From positions 5,704,001-5,768,000 of the forward strand of contig NC_087436.1 in assembly GCF_036321535.1 (NCBI RefSeq): a DNA stretch of 64,000 bases, read 5' to 3'. Shown here piece after piece: positions 24,460 through 37,840 of the stretch. The position numbers were made by a program, and so were the translations under genes. Position 1 is the first letter of the stretch. The number at the start of each line of letters is the position of its first letter. The notes beneath the pieces are model-generated. The model was not told the DNA's origin and made no database searches. It was given only the letters and a program-made list of their open reading frames with translations. This DNA comes from Camelus dromedarius. Taxonomy: Eukaryota.

Positions 24460-26620
24460 AAAGTGGCTGGTAAACAGGGAAAGTTCCTCAACTTTACAAA
24501 GAAAATCTACAGAAAACCTACAGCTTACATTATACTTAATGTTGAAAGATTGAATATTTTCCCTTTAAGACAGAGAAGAAGACAAAGAAGTCCACCCTTA
24601 CCACTCTTTTTCAACATAGTTTTGAAAGTTTTAACCAATAAAGCAAGAAAAAGAAACAAAGTATACAGATTGGAAAGGAAAAAGTTAAAACCATCCTGAT
24701 TTGCAGACAGCATGTTTGATTATGTAGAAGATCTCAAGAAATGTACCAAAAACCCAAAAATACCCCCAAAACTTCAGCAAGGATTGACACATGAAAATCA
24801 ATTGCATTTTTATCTACTAACAATGAACATGTGAAAACTGAAACTAAAAGTGCAATACCACTCACAATTCCTCAAAAAATAAAACTCTTGGGTATAAATC
24901 TAATAAAATATGTACAGAATTTGTGTGCTGAAAACTGTACAACACTGAAGGGAAAAAACCTAAAAGATCTAAATAAATGGAGAGATATACTATGTTCATG
25001 GATTGGAAGAGTCAACATAGTAAAGATGTCAGTTCTCCCAAAATTGATATACAGGGTTAATGCAATTTTGATCAGAATCCCAGAAAAATTTTCTGTAGAA
25101 TAGACAAGATCATATTAAAATTTATATAGAACTGCAAAGGACTGAGAATAGAAAAGAGTATTTTGAAGAAGACAAGTAGAGTTGGAGGAATCAGTTACTT
25201 AATTTCAAGTCTTATTAAATAGTAACAGTAATCATACCTCTGCGGTGTTGGTGGAAGGATAGACACACATAGATCAATAGACTGGAACAAAGTATCCAAA
25301 ATGGACCAGCACAAATATATGCTACTGATTTCAATAAAGGTGATAAAGCCATTATCCATTTAACGGATAGCTTTCCCAATGGTACTGGAGCAACTGGCCA
25401 TTCATAGCCAAAAAAGAAAAAGGAAAAAAAAAACCCTTACCTCAGTTTTACAACTTATACAAAAATTAACTCAAAATGAATTGTGTAATGAAACAAACTA
25501 TAAAACTTCTGGAAACAAATAGGAGAAATTCTTCAGGTTAAGGCAAGAATCCTCCAACTTCACAGAAAAACAAAAACATGGTTCACAAAACAAAAATCCT
25601 GGAATACTGGACTTCATCAAAATTGAAGACTTTGCCTGCAAAAGAAAATGAAGTCAAGCTACAGAGTGGGTGGAAATATTTACAAATCACATATCTGTAA
25701 AAGGACTAGTAGCTTGAATATATAAAGAGCTCCCAAAAGTCAATATTAAAAAGATAAACAATCCAATTAGAAAATGGGCAAAACACATGAAGATACATTT
25801 CAATGAATAAGATGGCAAATAAGCACACGAAAAAAATGCTCAGTATCATCAGCCGTTTGGGAAATGCTCAATATCGGCCACTAGGGAAATGCAAGTTAAA
25901 ACAAGAATGAAATACTACTACACACGTTCAGAATGGCTAAAATAAAAAATAGTGTCAGGATTAAACACTGGTAAGAGAGTAGAGAAGCTTGATTACTCAT
26001 ACATTGCGGGTGTCCATGTCAAATGGAACAACTACACTCAAAACCAGTTTGACTCTGTTATAAAAAAAAAAAGAACATACAATTGTCACGTGACCCAGAA
26101 ATTGCACTATTAGGCTATTAGCCCAAGGGAATGAAGATTCATGTTCACATGAAAACCTGCACATGAATGTTTATAGTAATTCTGCATGTAAGATCCAAAG
26201 CTGTAAATAACCCAGATGTCCTTCCCTGAGTGAAAGTTTGAACAAACTGGTACATTCACACCATGGAATACTATTTAACACTAAAAAAGAGCAAAATATT
26301 GATACCTGCAGGAACCTAGATGAATCTCAAGGGAATTAAACTGAGTGACAAAGGCCAATGCAAAGACTGTATGTTAGATAATTTCATTTATATAGTTTTC
26401 CTGTTAGTGGAAGCAGAGTTAAGGAGCAGGAGGGATATGGCACCATGAGGGATGCTTGGGGTGAGGGACAATTTCTGTATCATGTCTGTGTCAGTGTCAC
26501 TGTCCTGGTTGTGATATTGTTCTGTGACTTTCAAAGTGTTACCATAAAGGAGGACTGGTTAAAAGGTATTATTTCTTACAGCTGCAGGGGATATTTACAA
26601 TGATCTCAAAATAAAAAAAG
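24460..26620 (+). mobile_element. L1 (L1MC-like) 3' portion: degenerate ORF2 RT/C-terminus and 3'UTR
   Basis: ORF fragments KPTAYIILNVERLNIFPLR...LFFNIVL and DLNKWRDILCSWIGRVNIVKMSVLPKLIYR are L1 ORF2. The FADD motif has decayed to FADS near 24700. Multiple frameshifts; A-rich end. Confidence 0.92.
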
Positions 26621-27410
26621 TTCAGTAAAACGAGTTAAATAATTTGTGTTGCAGTGCTTTATCTAAAGTCAAGGGGAAAATAAAATTGATGGAGTTTGAA
26701 AACACCTTAAGCCAATGGAAAAAGATAATATGAAAATAGGATGTTTAGTTTTAATTATAAAAGCAGCTTAGTGAGAATTCAGATTGCATCAGAGAGGCCC
26801 CAGAAAGCAGAAGAACAGGCCCATTAGAGTTTTGCACGTAGAAAGAAAGCCAAGAAAGGTTATAAAATATTGAAATGGTAGCTTGTTCTTTAAAAAAAAA
26901 ATTAATAGAGCAAGTGGGCAGCTACCTTTGTGAACAATTTGAGAAGAGTCCTCAGTTCCACTTAGCACTTGCACTAAGGCAGCCTCCCGAAGTTCTTTTG
27001 AGTTCTATGAACTTTATGTCTAATAGCTTTCAGTTCTGCTATAGAAAAAAAAAAAGGAATGACTAATATAGTTAATCTTGGAACAATACCAAATGGCATT
27101 TCAGTGACAAAAAAATAATGATTTTTGAAAGGTCTGACATAAAATACAAAAGAAGACCTTAAGTCCATAGCCATAAATATAGCATTGAAATGTAAAATAT
27201 ATAATCACCTTTTTCCAGAAAATAAGATTACTACTTTTCAGATTTCCTGGAAAATGTTCACTATTTACTGACAATACATTTCAAGAAATATTCTAAAATT
27301 TCTGACTGTGTTATAGAGCTTTATCTGTGGAGCTGTAGTGGCCAAAGAATAAAAATAAAGAACAAAGAAATTGTCTTTGTTCCCAAGGATTTCATTACAT
27401 ATTAGTAACT

Positions 27411-27640
27411 CATTTGCAGGTACTAACTACTATATATAAAATAAACAACAAATTTATACTGTATAGCACAGGGACCTATATTCAATATGTTAGAGTAACC
27501 TATAATGAAAAATAACATGAAAACGAACATATGTATGTTTATGTATGACTGAAGTATTATGCTGGACACCAGACATTGACACAACACTGTAACCTGACCA
27601 TACTTCAGTTTTTTTTAATGGGAAAAAAAAATAAAAAAAG
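27411..27640 (+). mobile_element. Lineage L1 3'UTR fragment with A tail
   Basis: TACTGTATAGCACAGGGACCTATATTCAATAT...ACACCAGACATTGACACAACACTGTAA followed by an A-rich tail. Confidence 0.85.
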
Positions 27641-27731
27641 ACAGAAGAAGATGTGATAAATGCTGATAAAAACAACATGCTCTTTAAAGACAAAAAGGGA
27701 GCAATGTATTCCTAACATTTCCCTTTCTTAA

Positions 27732-28090
27732 TGTCTTGGTCCATTCAGCCTGCTATACCAGAACGACCATAGACCAGGTAACTATAAACAACAGAAATTT
27801 ATTTCTTCCTGTTCTGGAAGCCGGGAGGTCCAAAATCAAGGTTCTGGTGGATTCAGTGCCAGGTGACACCGATGGCTGTCCTCCCACTGCGTCCTCACAT
27901 GGTGGAAGGAGGAAGGGCCCAGGGACCTCTCCGGGGTCTCTTCCAAAAGGGCACTGATCCCATCCATGTGGGGTCCACCCTCAAGACCCAATCACCTGCC
28001 AAAGGTCCCACCCCCTAATACCATGATCTTAGTTACGTTTCAATATATAAATTTGGGGGGGGGGGCGCAGGATAACGCATTCCATCTCTG
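27732..28090 (-). mobile_element. MaLR LTR (MLT1A-like)
   Basis: TGTCTTGGTCCATTCAG...CAACAGAAATTTATTTCT...TTCTGGAAGCCGGGAGGTCCAAAATCAAGG...CCCAATCACCTGCCAAAGG. Confidence 0.85.
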
Positions 28091-29599
28091 GTAATTTCTT
28101 TCTCCAGAGAGCACGGCTTCACAAGAATCTCAGTCTCAGGCTCTATTTATAAGGCACCCAACCTAAGAGAGTAACCAGAGAGGTGTGCAGTGCCTTCTAA
28201 AAATAGCTGGTTCCATTGGGAGGGCGAATACAATGTGATGTGCAAAGAGCGTTATCTATAGATGAAGTTGGAAAAGTGGTTTATAGTTGGATCACAATTG
28301 TATTGAAGTTCTCTCAAAGAATTTAGGATGTATTTTTCCAAGCATGTTTTGGATGAAGGGGATGCTATCACGCCACCAGTAATTGGGGAAAATAAATAAG
28401 AAAGTTATGTAAATAATAAAATCAAAAAGAGAAAGATTATGGGCCAGGGCAAATGATTAGTGTATTCGTTTAGGTAGCGTGAGGGGCAGTGAAGAAAACA
28501 GGAGTGATTGTTCATGAAGAATTTTTAAGCCAAGGCAGCTGATTTAAAAGTGGTTGTATGATGAAGGGGCCCATGACCCCAGTGGGGAACTCTGTATATA
28601 AGAATAAGGAATAAGAAATAAGAATAAGGAGCTGACGGGAAATGCTGAATCCTGATTTATACCCATTTTGGTGGGTGGGTGGCAGGTTGGCAGATGAATT
28701 TGTAGATAAAGCAGGAAGTCATAATATACAGAGGGGAAGCTTTAGAATGGATGGGGCAGTGCTCAGTGAGAAAGCTGCTTTGGTACATGCTGAAATTTCA
28801 AGAACATGTACAGAAAAAAATAGAACAAAAGGAGATAGCATGTTTGTAAGAGATGTAGATACGTGTTGTAAAAAGATGAAGTAGCTTGTGGACTTAGGGG
28901 AAGCTGCTGTATTTGGCAGTTAGGAGGTAATTAGTGATCTTGGATGATGGTTTTATACCTGGTAACAGCGAGGAAACGTGCTCATGATGCTAAGTAGGGA
29001 GTGTGGGTTATTTTTTCAATAGAGTTAGTGGCGAAAGCAAACAAAAATGATAAGACAATAGGTATAGAAATCAAATTTTTAAATTAGTTGTGACTTAAAC
29101 ATATTTGTGGGGAACTAACCTGTGGAGGTCATTTCTAGCACCAAAAACATCTCTCATGTTAAAAACCCATATCAGTAAAACAGTTTAATTGTATTTAATT
29201 TTTAATGTGTCAAGCATTTATGGATTTCTACGTTGGCAGCAGATTGATTATTTTAATTTCAAATGAGTCTCCTTATGGAATCTTCAGTATGTTTTTTCCA
29301 GTTCATTCCCAGAAGAACTTGAAGACAAGAGGAACACTAGACCACAAAAATATCCAACTACATTTTTTTTCCTGTAAAGATCACTGTGTCTTCCCAGACT
29401 GGCATGAAAGATTTTCCCAAGTTCCCCTGCAGGTGTGAATATTATTAGCTTACTGGCAGTTAATTAGAAATCTCTTCCCTAATGAAGAGGGTCAGAAGCC
29501 ATATCTGACACCAAAATCAAAGCAGTCTCCCACAAATGAGTTTCAATCACCAAGTCTGTGTCTCCTATGTCATACATGTAGAGGAGTTATTTCTTTACT

Positions 29600-30203
29600 T
29601 CCACTTCCCTCCTTTATTTTAGTCATCCTGACATTGTACTGAGATTTTTTTTTTTAAATATAAATCATTCTGTCCAACTCTGAGCTCATCCATGCCTTTC
29701 CATTGCATTTAAGATAAAGCTTCCAAATCCTAATTGCATCCTACAAAGCCCTGCAGGGTGGGGTCCTCAAAGTTCCTCTTAATCATCATCATCTCCCCCA
29801 AAGCTAGATTCCAGACAGAGTCCTTCCTACTGCTCCTGTAAGAGGCCCTCGTCTTCCTTACCTCAGGGACTTTAAGTGGGTTGCAGACACTGTCTAAAAC
29901 ATTATCTTAGGGTTCATAATCTATGATTCAACTGCGTTATATCCCTTAAGTGTCAGCTCAAGTGCGACTTCTTCAACAAAGCCTCTCAAAGTGCCCCCTC
30001 CATTCTTTCATAAAACGTCTCAATTTTTCTATTTAGCTTACTTTAATAATTTTCAAATATGTATTTGTTTCTGTGGTTATCTGATGAATGTTACTCCCAA
30101 TTTTGTGAAACAATAAGCAATTGTATCATTATATCCTCAATGCACATCAGAGGGCTTGACATATAGGAGATGATCAAAAAAATGTATTTATGAAATAAAT
30201 GGA
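29600..30203 (+). mobile_element. L2 LINE 3' fragment
   Basis: CCATTGCATTTAAGATAAAG..CCAAATCC...CCTCAGGGACTTT and an L2-like terminus ATGTATTTATGAAATAAATGGA. Confidence 0.6.
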
Positions 30204-30269
30204 TCTTTAGAGCAAGGATCTTCAGTGGAATCAGCATTATGTTTATGAGGTGGGAAGCCCCATTAAAAA

Positions 30270-30843
30270 AAAGACTGGCAAGACCCCCAGGCAGGGCCAC
30301 TACTCTTCTGCCAGCACCATCTGGTTCCCTGGCCCAGAGGCTCTATCTCACTTTTTGCCTCTGAAACTGCTTACTTCTAGGAAAGTGGAACTTACCCCTA
30401 AAATTCTATTGGTTCCCTGAGCTCGCTCCTGATTGGTTATTTCCTTCACTCCTGATTGGTCCATTTCCCTAACTTCTGATTGGCCCACTTGTAGTACTTC
30501 ATTTGCATGGAGTTCACTCCTGATTGGTCCATTCCCCTCACTCCTGATTGGTTATTTCTCTCACTCCTGATTGGTCTATTTCTACAAAGCTTGTTCCTAG
30601 TTGGTCAACTTCTGTTATACTTTATTCGCATTTAATGTTGCAAAGTGTAAAACTGGCAGCATATAAAGGCCTGTGTAAACCTACAGACGGGATCCAGAGC
30701 TTGGAGTGTTAACTCCTTTGGGCCCACTGGCATAATAAACCTGAGTTCTCCAACTCTCTGAGTGCTGCTTGGTCTCTCGCCCGGATCCAGATTGCTGAAA
30801 CACCGAGCTGTAACACCGAGCTATAACACATTTTTCTGCAACA
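30270..30843 (+). mobile_element. ERV LTR with tandem CCAAT-box array (5' boundary uncertain)
   Basis: Seven ATTGG boxes, an octamer, TATAAA (30662), AATAAA (30734) and terminal ...TGCAACA, in U3-R-U5 order. Confidence 0.8.
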
Positions 30844-30848
30844 TTTAT

Positions 30849-30873
30849 ACACGCACACACACACACACACACA
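30849..30873. repeat. (CA)n microsatellite
   Basis: ACACGCACACACACACACACACACA. Confidence 0.9.
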
Positions 30874-31435
30874 TCTGTGACAAGGACTGTACCTAGAGGA
30901 AACAGCCATGAGAATTTGTAAAGCTCTCTTCTCCTATGAATCAGTCCAAGTGACGGCTTCTCATGACTCTTGAGATGGCTGTTTCAAGGACCATGGACTT
31001 TGGAAGGGTTAGCACATGTCTGAACTGATTACAACTGTCTCTTCCTAGAAAAGCAGTCAAAAGAGGGCAGCGGGAAAGGTAAAGTCACAGTGGATGAGGA
31101 CGAGAACTGTGTCTGACTGGGTGAACCATGGGTTTCTCCTACTCTGTTGAAATCTGTTGCAGAAGTCCAGGGCATTTCCCTTCCCATCCACAAGCTGGCT
31201 CATCACAGCATTATCGAATTTCACAGATGTGTTGAAATCAGTGGCTACTGCAGGCTATGGAAATATTTCACTGAATAAATAAAATGTCACATTAACTTCT
31301 TAAAAAGAAGTATAGACTTATAATACCAATCAAACAGATGTACTCAAACTGAACTGAACTGAAATTTGAACAAGAAAGAAATTTCTAGTTTTAGATCTAC
31401 TTAAGTTACATGTCAGTAGTTTCAATCTCTCATTC

Positions 31436-31962
31436 TGTTACCGAGTCCAAAGTCATACGGCTCACCATGTGACAGGCCAATAAATTGAGACGCGAGGTGT
31501 TGGGGGAAGGAATAGTGACTTTATTCGGAAAGTCAACAGTCCAAGAAGTTGGGGCGCTAGTGTCCCAAAGAACCATCTTGCCTGGGTTTGGATACTAGTT
31601 TCTTTTACAGAAGGAAGAGGGAGTGAGTGAGGAGGTAAAGTGAAAAGGTAGTAAGTTATTCCAAAATGTCCTGGTTGTGGCCACACTCAGTGGGGATGTT
31701 TAATTTCTTCTTTCCTGCAACCATTCACAGGTGAGCCCAGTCAAGATGTTTCCTGTGAGCTAAACAAAGGCATTTTAGCTTAATACGCAGACCTGGGAGG
31801 CACGGTTCTGGGAAATGGGCATTATGTAGCATTTAACTTGCAGGCAACGTCCCTTGTGGTGATCAACTTGTAGCGATCAACTTGTAGCAAAAGCAATGAA
31901 TACAAAGGCCAAAGTAAGAGAAACAGATCCAGTATGGATCAGATTTGTTCTTCCCCACTGCA
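31436..31962 (-). mobile_element. Solo ERV1-type LTR
   Basis: TG...CA ends, minus-strand AATAAA (TTTATT near 31520), flanks ATTC/ATTG. Both ends are homologous to the LTR at 35171-35615. Confidence 0.85.
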
Positions 31963-33779
31963 ATTGCTTAGTTTTCTCCCCTGCCTGAAGTAAAATGATA
32001 ATAGCAATTTTAATGATAACAATTTAATCTTTAATACTCAGTATGGTTGGAAATGGTGAGGTGTCAATATTGTTTGTATTTACAGCCTCCCTTCAGAAAG
32101 GATGTGTACAGGAATGGTTTTCAAGGTGATATAGAAATTGAAATGGAACAGAGTTTTTAAGGCCACAAGAACAATAAGTGAGTGGTTAAAAAAGAACAAA
32201 TTGAGAATTAGCACTCTTGCAGAGTTGAAAAACACATTGGAAAAAAAATATGCGAGGAGGAAAAGAAGGAATAACATGAATTGATGGCAAATAGCAAATG
32301 ACTTAAAATTTAGGTTAAGAAGAATTGTTGAAAACTTACAGTATCCTAGTGCCTTTACCCTCAAGACGCTTACATGTCTCCAGTGAAAGAGATGCAAAAA
32401 AAAAAAAAAAAAAAGTTTAGCTTCAAAGCTGCTGTGTGTAAGGACAGCACACAATGTGTCTATAACATCTGGACATGTAACAGTGGAGGAGGATTATATT
32501 TCCATAGAGGCATTAAAAGGGTTTGAAGAAAAAGAGTTTTGACTTTATCTACATAATAGACAAGAATTTTTTAGGAAAGGGTGCACGGAGCAGTAGGCGA
32601 TCTTATACAAAATTGGCCTGTGAAGAAAAGCAGAATTCATGCCTTCAGGGGCTTCATCTCAGATTCAAATCTTCCACAACTGTCAATAATCTACTGCTTA
32701 CGCTAGATACCTGAAAAACTTACTTCCATTCAAACACACAACTGATTCCTATGTGTCGTTAAATTTCAGCACTCTAAGGTTGTGGTTTTCTGTGCATTAA
32801 GGGTACAATTGTTAACATTACATAATTAAATGGTAATAATAGTTTGTTTTAAATACACGAAGACTCCTTATGTAGATGGATTTGAACATCTGGTTCCCCA
32901 GAAGGTTATAAATAAGGAAGTGACAGTAATAAGATGTGCACAGGTTTATGATACAACGTTGGCTCTGCACAACAATGGTGGTTATAAGATTTCCTCTTAG
33001 AACTTAAGGAAGAAAAAGGTGAGTGTTCTGTTTGGGCAGGAGTTCTAGGTGGTGTAACGTGACAGCAAATCGTGACTCTGTTAGAAAAAATACACAGTCT
33101 TATGTACACCTGGTGTCCAATTACAATGACTCTTGTTACAACAATTGTCTTTCAGTCAGTTTTTAATATTGTGTACTTTATCAAGACAATCAAGCTTACG
33201 AACCTGCCAGCTTTAATGCAGGTTAACTATCTTCTGAATTAGCCAGGAGATCTTTTCTTCATCAGACCCCTAATGCTTGTATTATAATTAGGTTAAAATA
33301 TACAATATTGACTTAGTAGTAATTAACTACGTGTGAATATTAGGTTGCTTATAATTTGGCATCAGATTTAGATGAAAGACTTTCAGTTAATTGCTTTCTA
33401 TGAATAATTCTTAAAAAGTTAAGATGTTCTAGATTACACTGTAGGATAAGGGTAGAGAACATTTTAGGTAAGAAAATCCCCATATTAGAGACGAAAAAAA
33501 TAATAATATGGTATCGATGCAAGGAGATAACAGAAGAGAACATTTTCATATAAAATGAGTCAATGGGGTTGAAAAGCACTAATATAAGTATCTCCAGTAT
33601 TAGTAGATTCTTTTTCTAAATGTGCTTAAAAAAATAACTTGAAATCCCTGTAGGGTTAAGCTTTTGATGGCATGACCTTTTTATTCTGTAATGTGATGTG
33701 AAGACTGCATGCTTCAGAATGTTCTGAAATTATGCTCTATTAAGTATTAATATCACTCATTTTTAGTGTTTTTCAAAAT

Positions 33780-33960
33780 GTGAGTGTTTTGAGGTCCACT
33801 TGCTTTAGAATCACTCAGTGTGCTTGTTTAAAATTGAGATTCCTGGATCCCAGTCAAAACTGAGAGAATCAGGGTATCTGTTCTTTGACCCGGTAGACTT
33901 CATTTTAATAAGAACGTTAGATGATTGTTCCAAAAGTTGATAGTTTGAAACCTCTTGGGC
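33780..33960. mobile_element. MER5-type hAT-Charlie MITE
   Basis: AGAATCAC...GCTTGTTTAAAATTGAGATTCCTGGATCCC...AGAATCAG...CATTTTAATAAG...AGTTTGAAACC. Confidence 0.65.
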
Positions 33961-34599
33961 TAATTTCATCAAGTTCCTTTAGAGTAGATAATTTTTATTT
34001 GATTTGTGATAAATCTACTATCAAGTGCCTGTTTAAACAGATACTCTAATTCCTCTTCAGTGTTAGATAATTAAGTGCTTATTTTGAGTTTTGATCCATT
34101 GACTTATTCCCGTTAGAAGAGAGAGCAGAAACTCAGGCCCCCTTAGAGTGAGAAGGCATCCTTTAGTGAAGTCAGAGCCCTTTAACTGTAATAGATGCAA
34201 AAGATTTCTTCCCCAGAATGTCTGGGCTCACTTTTGCAGCGCCCCTCACCCTCTTTAAGCTTTAGTCTACTGATAATTCATATTTCTAAATTCATACCAG
34301 TTCAATGAAAATAGTGTTTCATTTCTCTGAATTAACCTTAAAAATGTTTTCTGACAAATCTTGATTCTCCTAAAATTCTCTCCAACTAGTTCTGGGATGC
34401 TAGGGAAGTTGCTGTTGTGCACTGAGGACCAGTTCTCCTGGCATCTTCATGGACGTCTCCTGCTCTTGCTCTGACTTACAATGATGATGTTATTCCTGCT
34501 CACTGCCATTGTCAGTGGGTAACAGCCCTCTAGCTGGTTCCAGGTGGGGGACAGCACTGCTTGCTAACAGTTCCCACTGCCCAAGTTCAAGAGCACTGC

Positions 34600-34930
34600 C
34601 TCACTATATACAGTAGCCAAGGCATGGAAACAACCAATGTCCATCAACAGATGACTGGATAAAGAAGCTGTGGTATGTTTATAAAATGGAATACTACTCA
34701 GCAATAAAAAGGATAAAATAATGTCATTTGCAGCAACATGGATGGGCCTGGAGATCATCATTCTAAGTGAAATAAGCCAGAAAGAGAAAGAAAAGTACCA
34801 TATAATATCACTCATATGTAGAATCTAAAAACAAAGAAGACTCTAATGAACTTATCTACAAAACAGTAACAGACTCACGTAGTAACTTATGATTACTGGG
34901 AGGTGGGGAAGAGGGTGGGAAGGGATAAAC
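34600..34930 (+). mobile_element. L1 ORF2 end / 3'UTR fragment
   Basis: ATGGAATACTACTCAGCAATAAAAAGG...CATTTGCAGCAACATGGATGGGCCTGGAGATCATCATTCTAAGTGAAATAAGCCAG. Confidence 0.9.
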
Positions 34931-35170
34931 CCCCTGCTGGGTTCACTGTACTCTCATCATCCCACAGAAGAGAAGGTGAAGAAAAACAAACATAATCACT
35001 ACTGACTCATTTTAGTCCTCTACTTTGGAGAAGCTGGGCTAGGAAAGTGTGCTAGACACAGCTTTGTACTGGAAATTTCTAGACGTTCCCTCTGACGTCA
35101 CTGAAGCATTCACCTGAGCTGTCACTCTTCCTCAGAAGCCTCTATTCCCTCTGTCAGGACAGTACACCTC

Positions 35171-35615
35171 TGTAATAGAAAAGAACAAATCTGACTCCAC
35201 ATTAGATCTGTTCCTTTAGCTTTGACCGCTGGGCCGTTTTCTAGGCTTGGTCTTGCTAACTCTGCACTCACGTAAAGATAACAAGTTACAGAATGGAGAA
35301 TAACATTTGTTTTGTTGGAGGTTTTGCAGGAGCACGAAGAGCTGGCCCACGTGGACAGCTGCAGGAACAAAGAATTTGTACACCAAGAAGTTTGTAAAAA
35401 TCAACCACACTGCCTCCCCTGTTTTGATTTTTTTTTTTTTGTATTAAAGGATCTTGTATTCTGACTGGAGTAGGATGGTTCTCCAAAACATTAGTCTGCC
35501 ATCCTCTCGGTTTGCCAACTTTCTGAATAAAGTCATTGTTCCTTGCCCCAACACCTTGTCTCCCGATTTATTGGCCTATCATGCGGCAAGCAGAATGAGT
35601 TTGGACTTGGTACCA
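35171..35615 (+). mobile_element. Solo ERV1-type LTR with perfect 4-bp TSD
   Basis: CCTC|TGTAATAG...TGGTACCA|CCTC, with an internal AATAAA near 35526. Confidence 0.9.
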
Positions 35616-35659
35616 CCTCCACATATATAATCAGTATTTCTTGAATGTCATACATTTTC

Positions 35660-35905
35660 TTTTCCAATTTTCAATCACATTTATAGAGATATAATTTACA
35701 TACAATCAAACTCATCAATTTTAAGTGCACAGTTTTATTAGTTGTATAAGGAACATAAGAATCGTGATGGAGAGCATTTCCATTCCCTCAGTTTCCTTGT
35801 GAGTTTTAGCAGTCAGCCCATTTCCACCCCTGGTCACGGCAACCACTGATCAGTTTTCTGTCATTAGACATCTACCTTTTCTAGAACTTCATATAAACAG
35901 AGTCA
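35660..35905 (-). mobile_element. Old L1 3'-end fragment
   Basis: TTTATAGAGATATAATTTACATACAAT...GGCAACCACTGATCAG...CCTTTTCTAGAACTTCATATAAA. Confidence 0.75.
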
Positions 35906-35911
35906 TGGTAC

Positions 35912-36200
35912 CTGGTGGCTTTAAAATATGTCCAGAAGTTTTCAGACACTCTTCCCTTCAAAAAAGGGTGCTTAATTCCTCTACTTCAGGGTGGGTTGAT
36001 GACTAAGTAGACTTTGATGAATAGGAGCACTGCAGAATTATGCTGTGTGACTTCTGAGGTGAGGTAAGGAGAAGGTTAGTTTCTACTCGGCTTTCTACGT
36101 CTGTGATGGTCCTCTCCGAGGGAAGCCAGCCAGCACGGTGTGGCTACACTCAAGCTGCCCGTGGAAGAGCCCTGCCGGGGAGAGACCGGCATGTGGAAAA
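35912..36200 (+). mobile_element. MaLR LTR (MLT1F/G-like)
   Basis: GGTGGCTTTAAAATATGTCC...GACACTCTTCCCTTC...TGTGTGACTTCTGAGG...GGAAGCCAGC...CATGTGGAAAAGGAA. Confidence 0.6.
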
Positions 36201-36479
36201 GGAAGCGGGTCCTGTCAGGACTGGGAGGGGACTGAAGTGTTCCCGTACATTTTATTTTATTTGTATTCTTCTCTCAAGCCGGCAAGTTAGCCTGCCTGTT
36301 TCCTGGCTGCTGACAGAGGACATGAGACTCCTGGGTCAGAGACAAAGGCACTGTGGCACTCACCACAGCAGCAGTGACCAGAGTGTCAGAATCGCTCCCT
36401 GAGCATCAGTGGCCCCCTGAACACACAGTAGGTCTTGTTACAAGCAAGATCTCAAGCTTAGGACACTCTTTTGTTTTAA

Positions 36480-37840
36480 AGTGGAAATTTTTTCCATCCA
36501 CTGTCTCTTACCTCATCTGCATACACAAAATTAGGATGGGTTTCTTGTAGATAACAAAGAGCTGGCTTTTGAAAACAATTACCTATGACAATCCTCAGTT
36601 TTTACTTTGAGAATTTAAATCAATTACATTTATTATAATTATTGATATGGTTGCGTTTAAAACTATTTGCTGTGTGTTCTGTTTGTTCTGTCTGCTTTCT
36701 GGTCTGTTTTTCTTCCCTCTGTGCCACCATTTTCAAAAACTGAGTTTTCAATTATTTGTTCTTTCCTCTACTGTTGGATTCTCTCTACCACCCACCGCCA
36801 TCTCTATTTTTATCTCTGTGTCTCTCTCTCTTTAGTGGTCACAGTCTATTTTTAAATAATATTTTTCCACTTCATGTATAGTATATGAACCTTACAACAA
36901 CATACTTTGTCTACTTCATTTCATTGGCTATTGGCGTTATATATTTTATGTATGGTATAAAACTCAAAATACATTAGTATTTACTTTTTGCCTTTAAAGT
37001 CATTTATGTTTTAAAGAGATTAAAATGAGAAAATGTCTTCTATATTTACTCACGTATTAATCATTTCTGGGTCTCCTGAATCCTTTTGCAGATTCAAATT
37101 TCTGTCTGATATCTTTTTTTTTTCTTCCTGAAAAGTTTCTTTTTACCATGTCTTTCCTAAGTCTACTGACAATGATTTCTCTCGATGTTTGTCTAAAAAA
37201 TGTTTTGCCTTTTCATTTTTAAGGTATTTTTACTGAATGGAGAATTCTATTTTTTAAAATTAATTTACTTTGTAAATGTCTCTCTGTTGTCTCTTGACAT
37301 ATGATTTGACAAGAAATGGCTGTCACTTTTATTCTGTTCCTCTTGTGTACTGTCTGTATTTTTTTCTCTTGACTTTAAAGATTTTACTCATTATCATGGA
37401 TTTTTTCCTAATTTGATTAAGATGTGCCTTGGTGGTTTTCTTTTTCTTTGGATTTGTTGAGCTTGTTTGAATTTGCCAAATTTGGGGAAATTTCAGCCAT
37501 TCATTTCTTTATATTTATATTCCCTTTTTCTTTCCTTTTTCTTAAATAAATTTCTCTAATAACTCACACATTTTACCTTCCCATTGATCACTGGTGTTCT
37601 TTGTTGTACATTCTCTTATTATTTTTGTTCAGTACCTAAATTTCTCTTAAATCCTTTTAGTATGTATATTTTAAAATTTTCAGACATTGTATGTGTTTAT
37701 CTCTAGATGCTTCATGTAGTTCTTTTTAATGTCCTTTATTTTTCTCCACATCATGGCCACAGTTACCTTTGACTATCTGCTGCATATTTATAACAACATT
37801 TTCCTGTCCTTCCTGCTTTGTCCATAATCTCTGTCATTTC
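36480..37840 (-). mobile_element. Old L1 (L1M/L1ME-like) fragment
   Basis: T-rich antisense L1 motifs GGGTTTCTTGTAGATAACA, GAGAATTTAAATCAATTACATTTATTATAATTATTGATATGG and CAAATTTGGGGAAATTTCAGCCATT. Confidence 0.7.

Noticed and set aside
24421..25103. Active reverse transcriptase gene
   Set aside because: Fragmented L1 ORF2 with frameshifts and a decayed FADD motif.
30400..30600. CRISPR-like regularly spaced repeats
   Set aside because: Eukaryotic LTR enhancer repeats with similar rather than unique spacers, and no cas genes.
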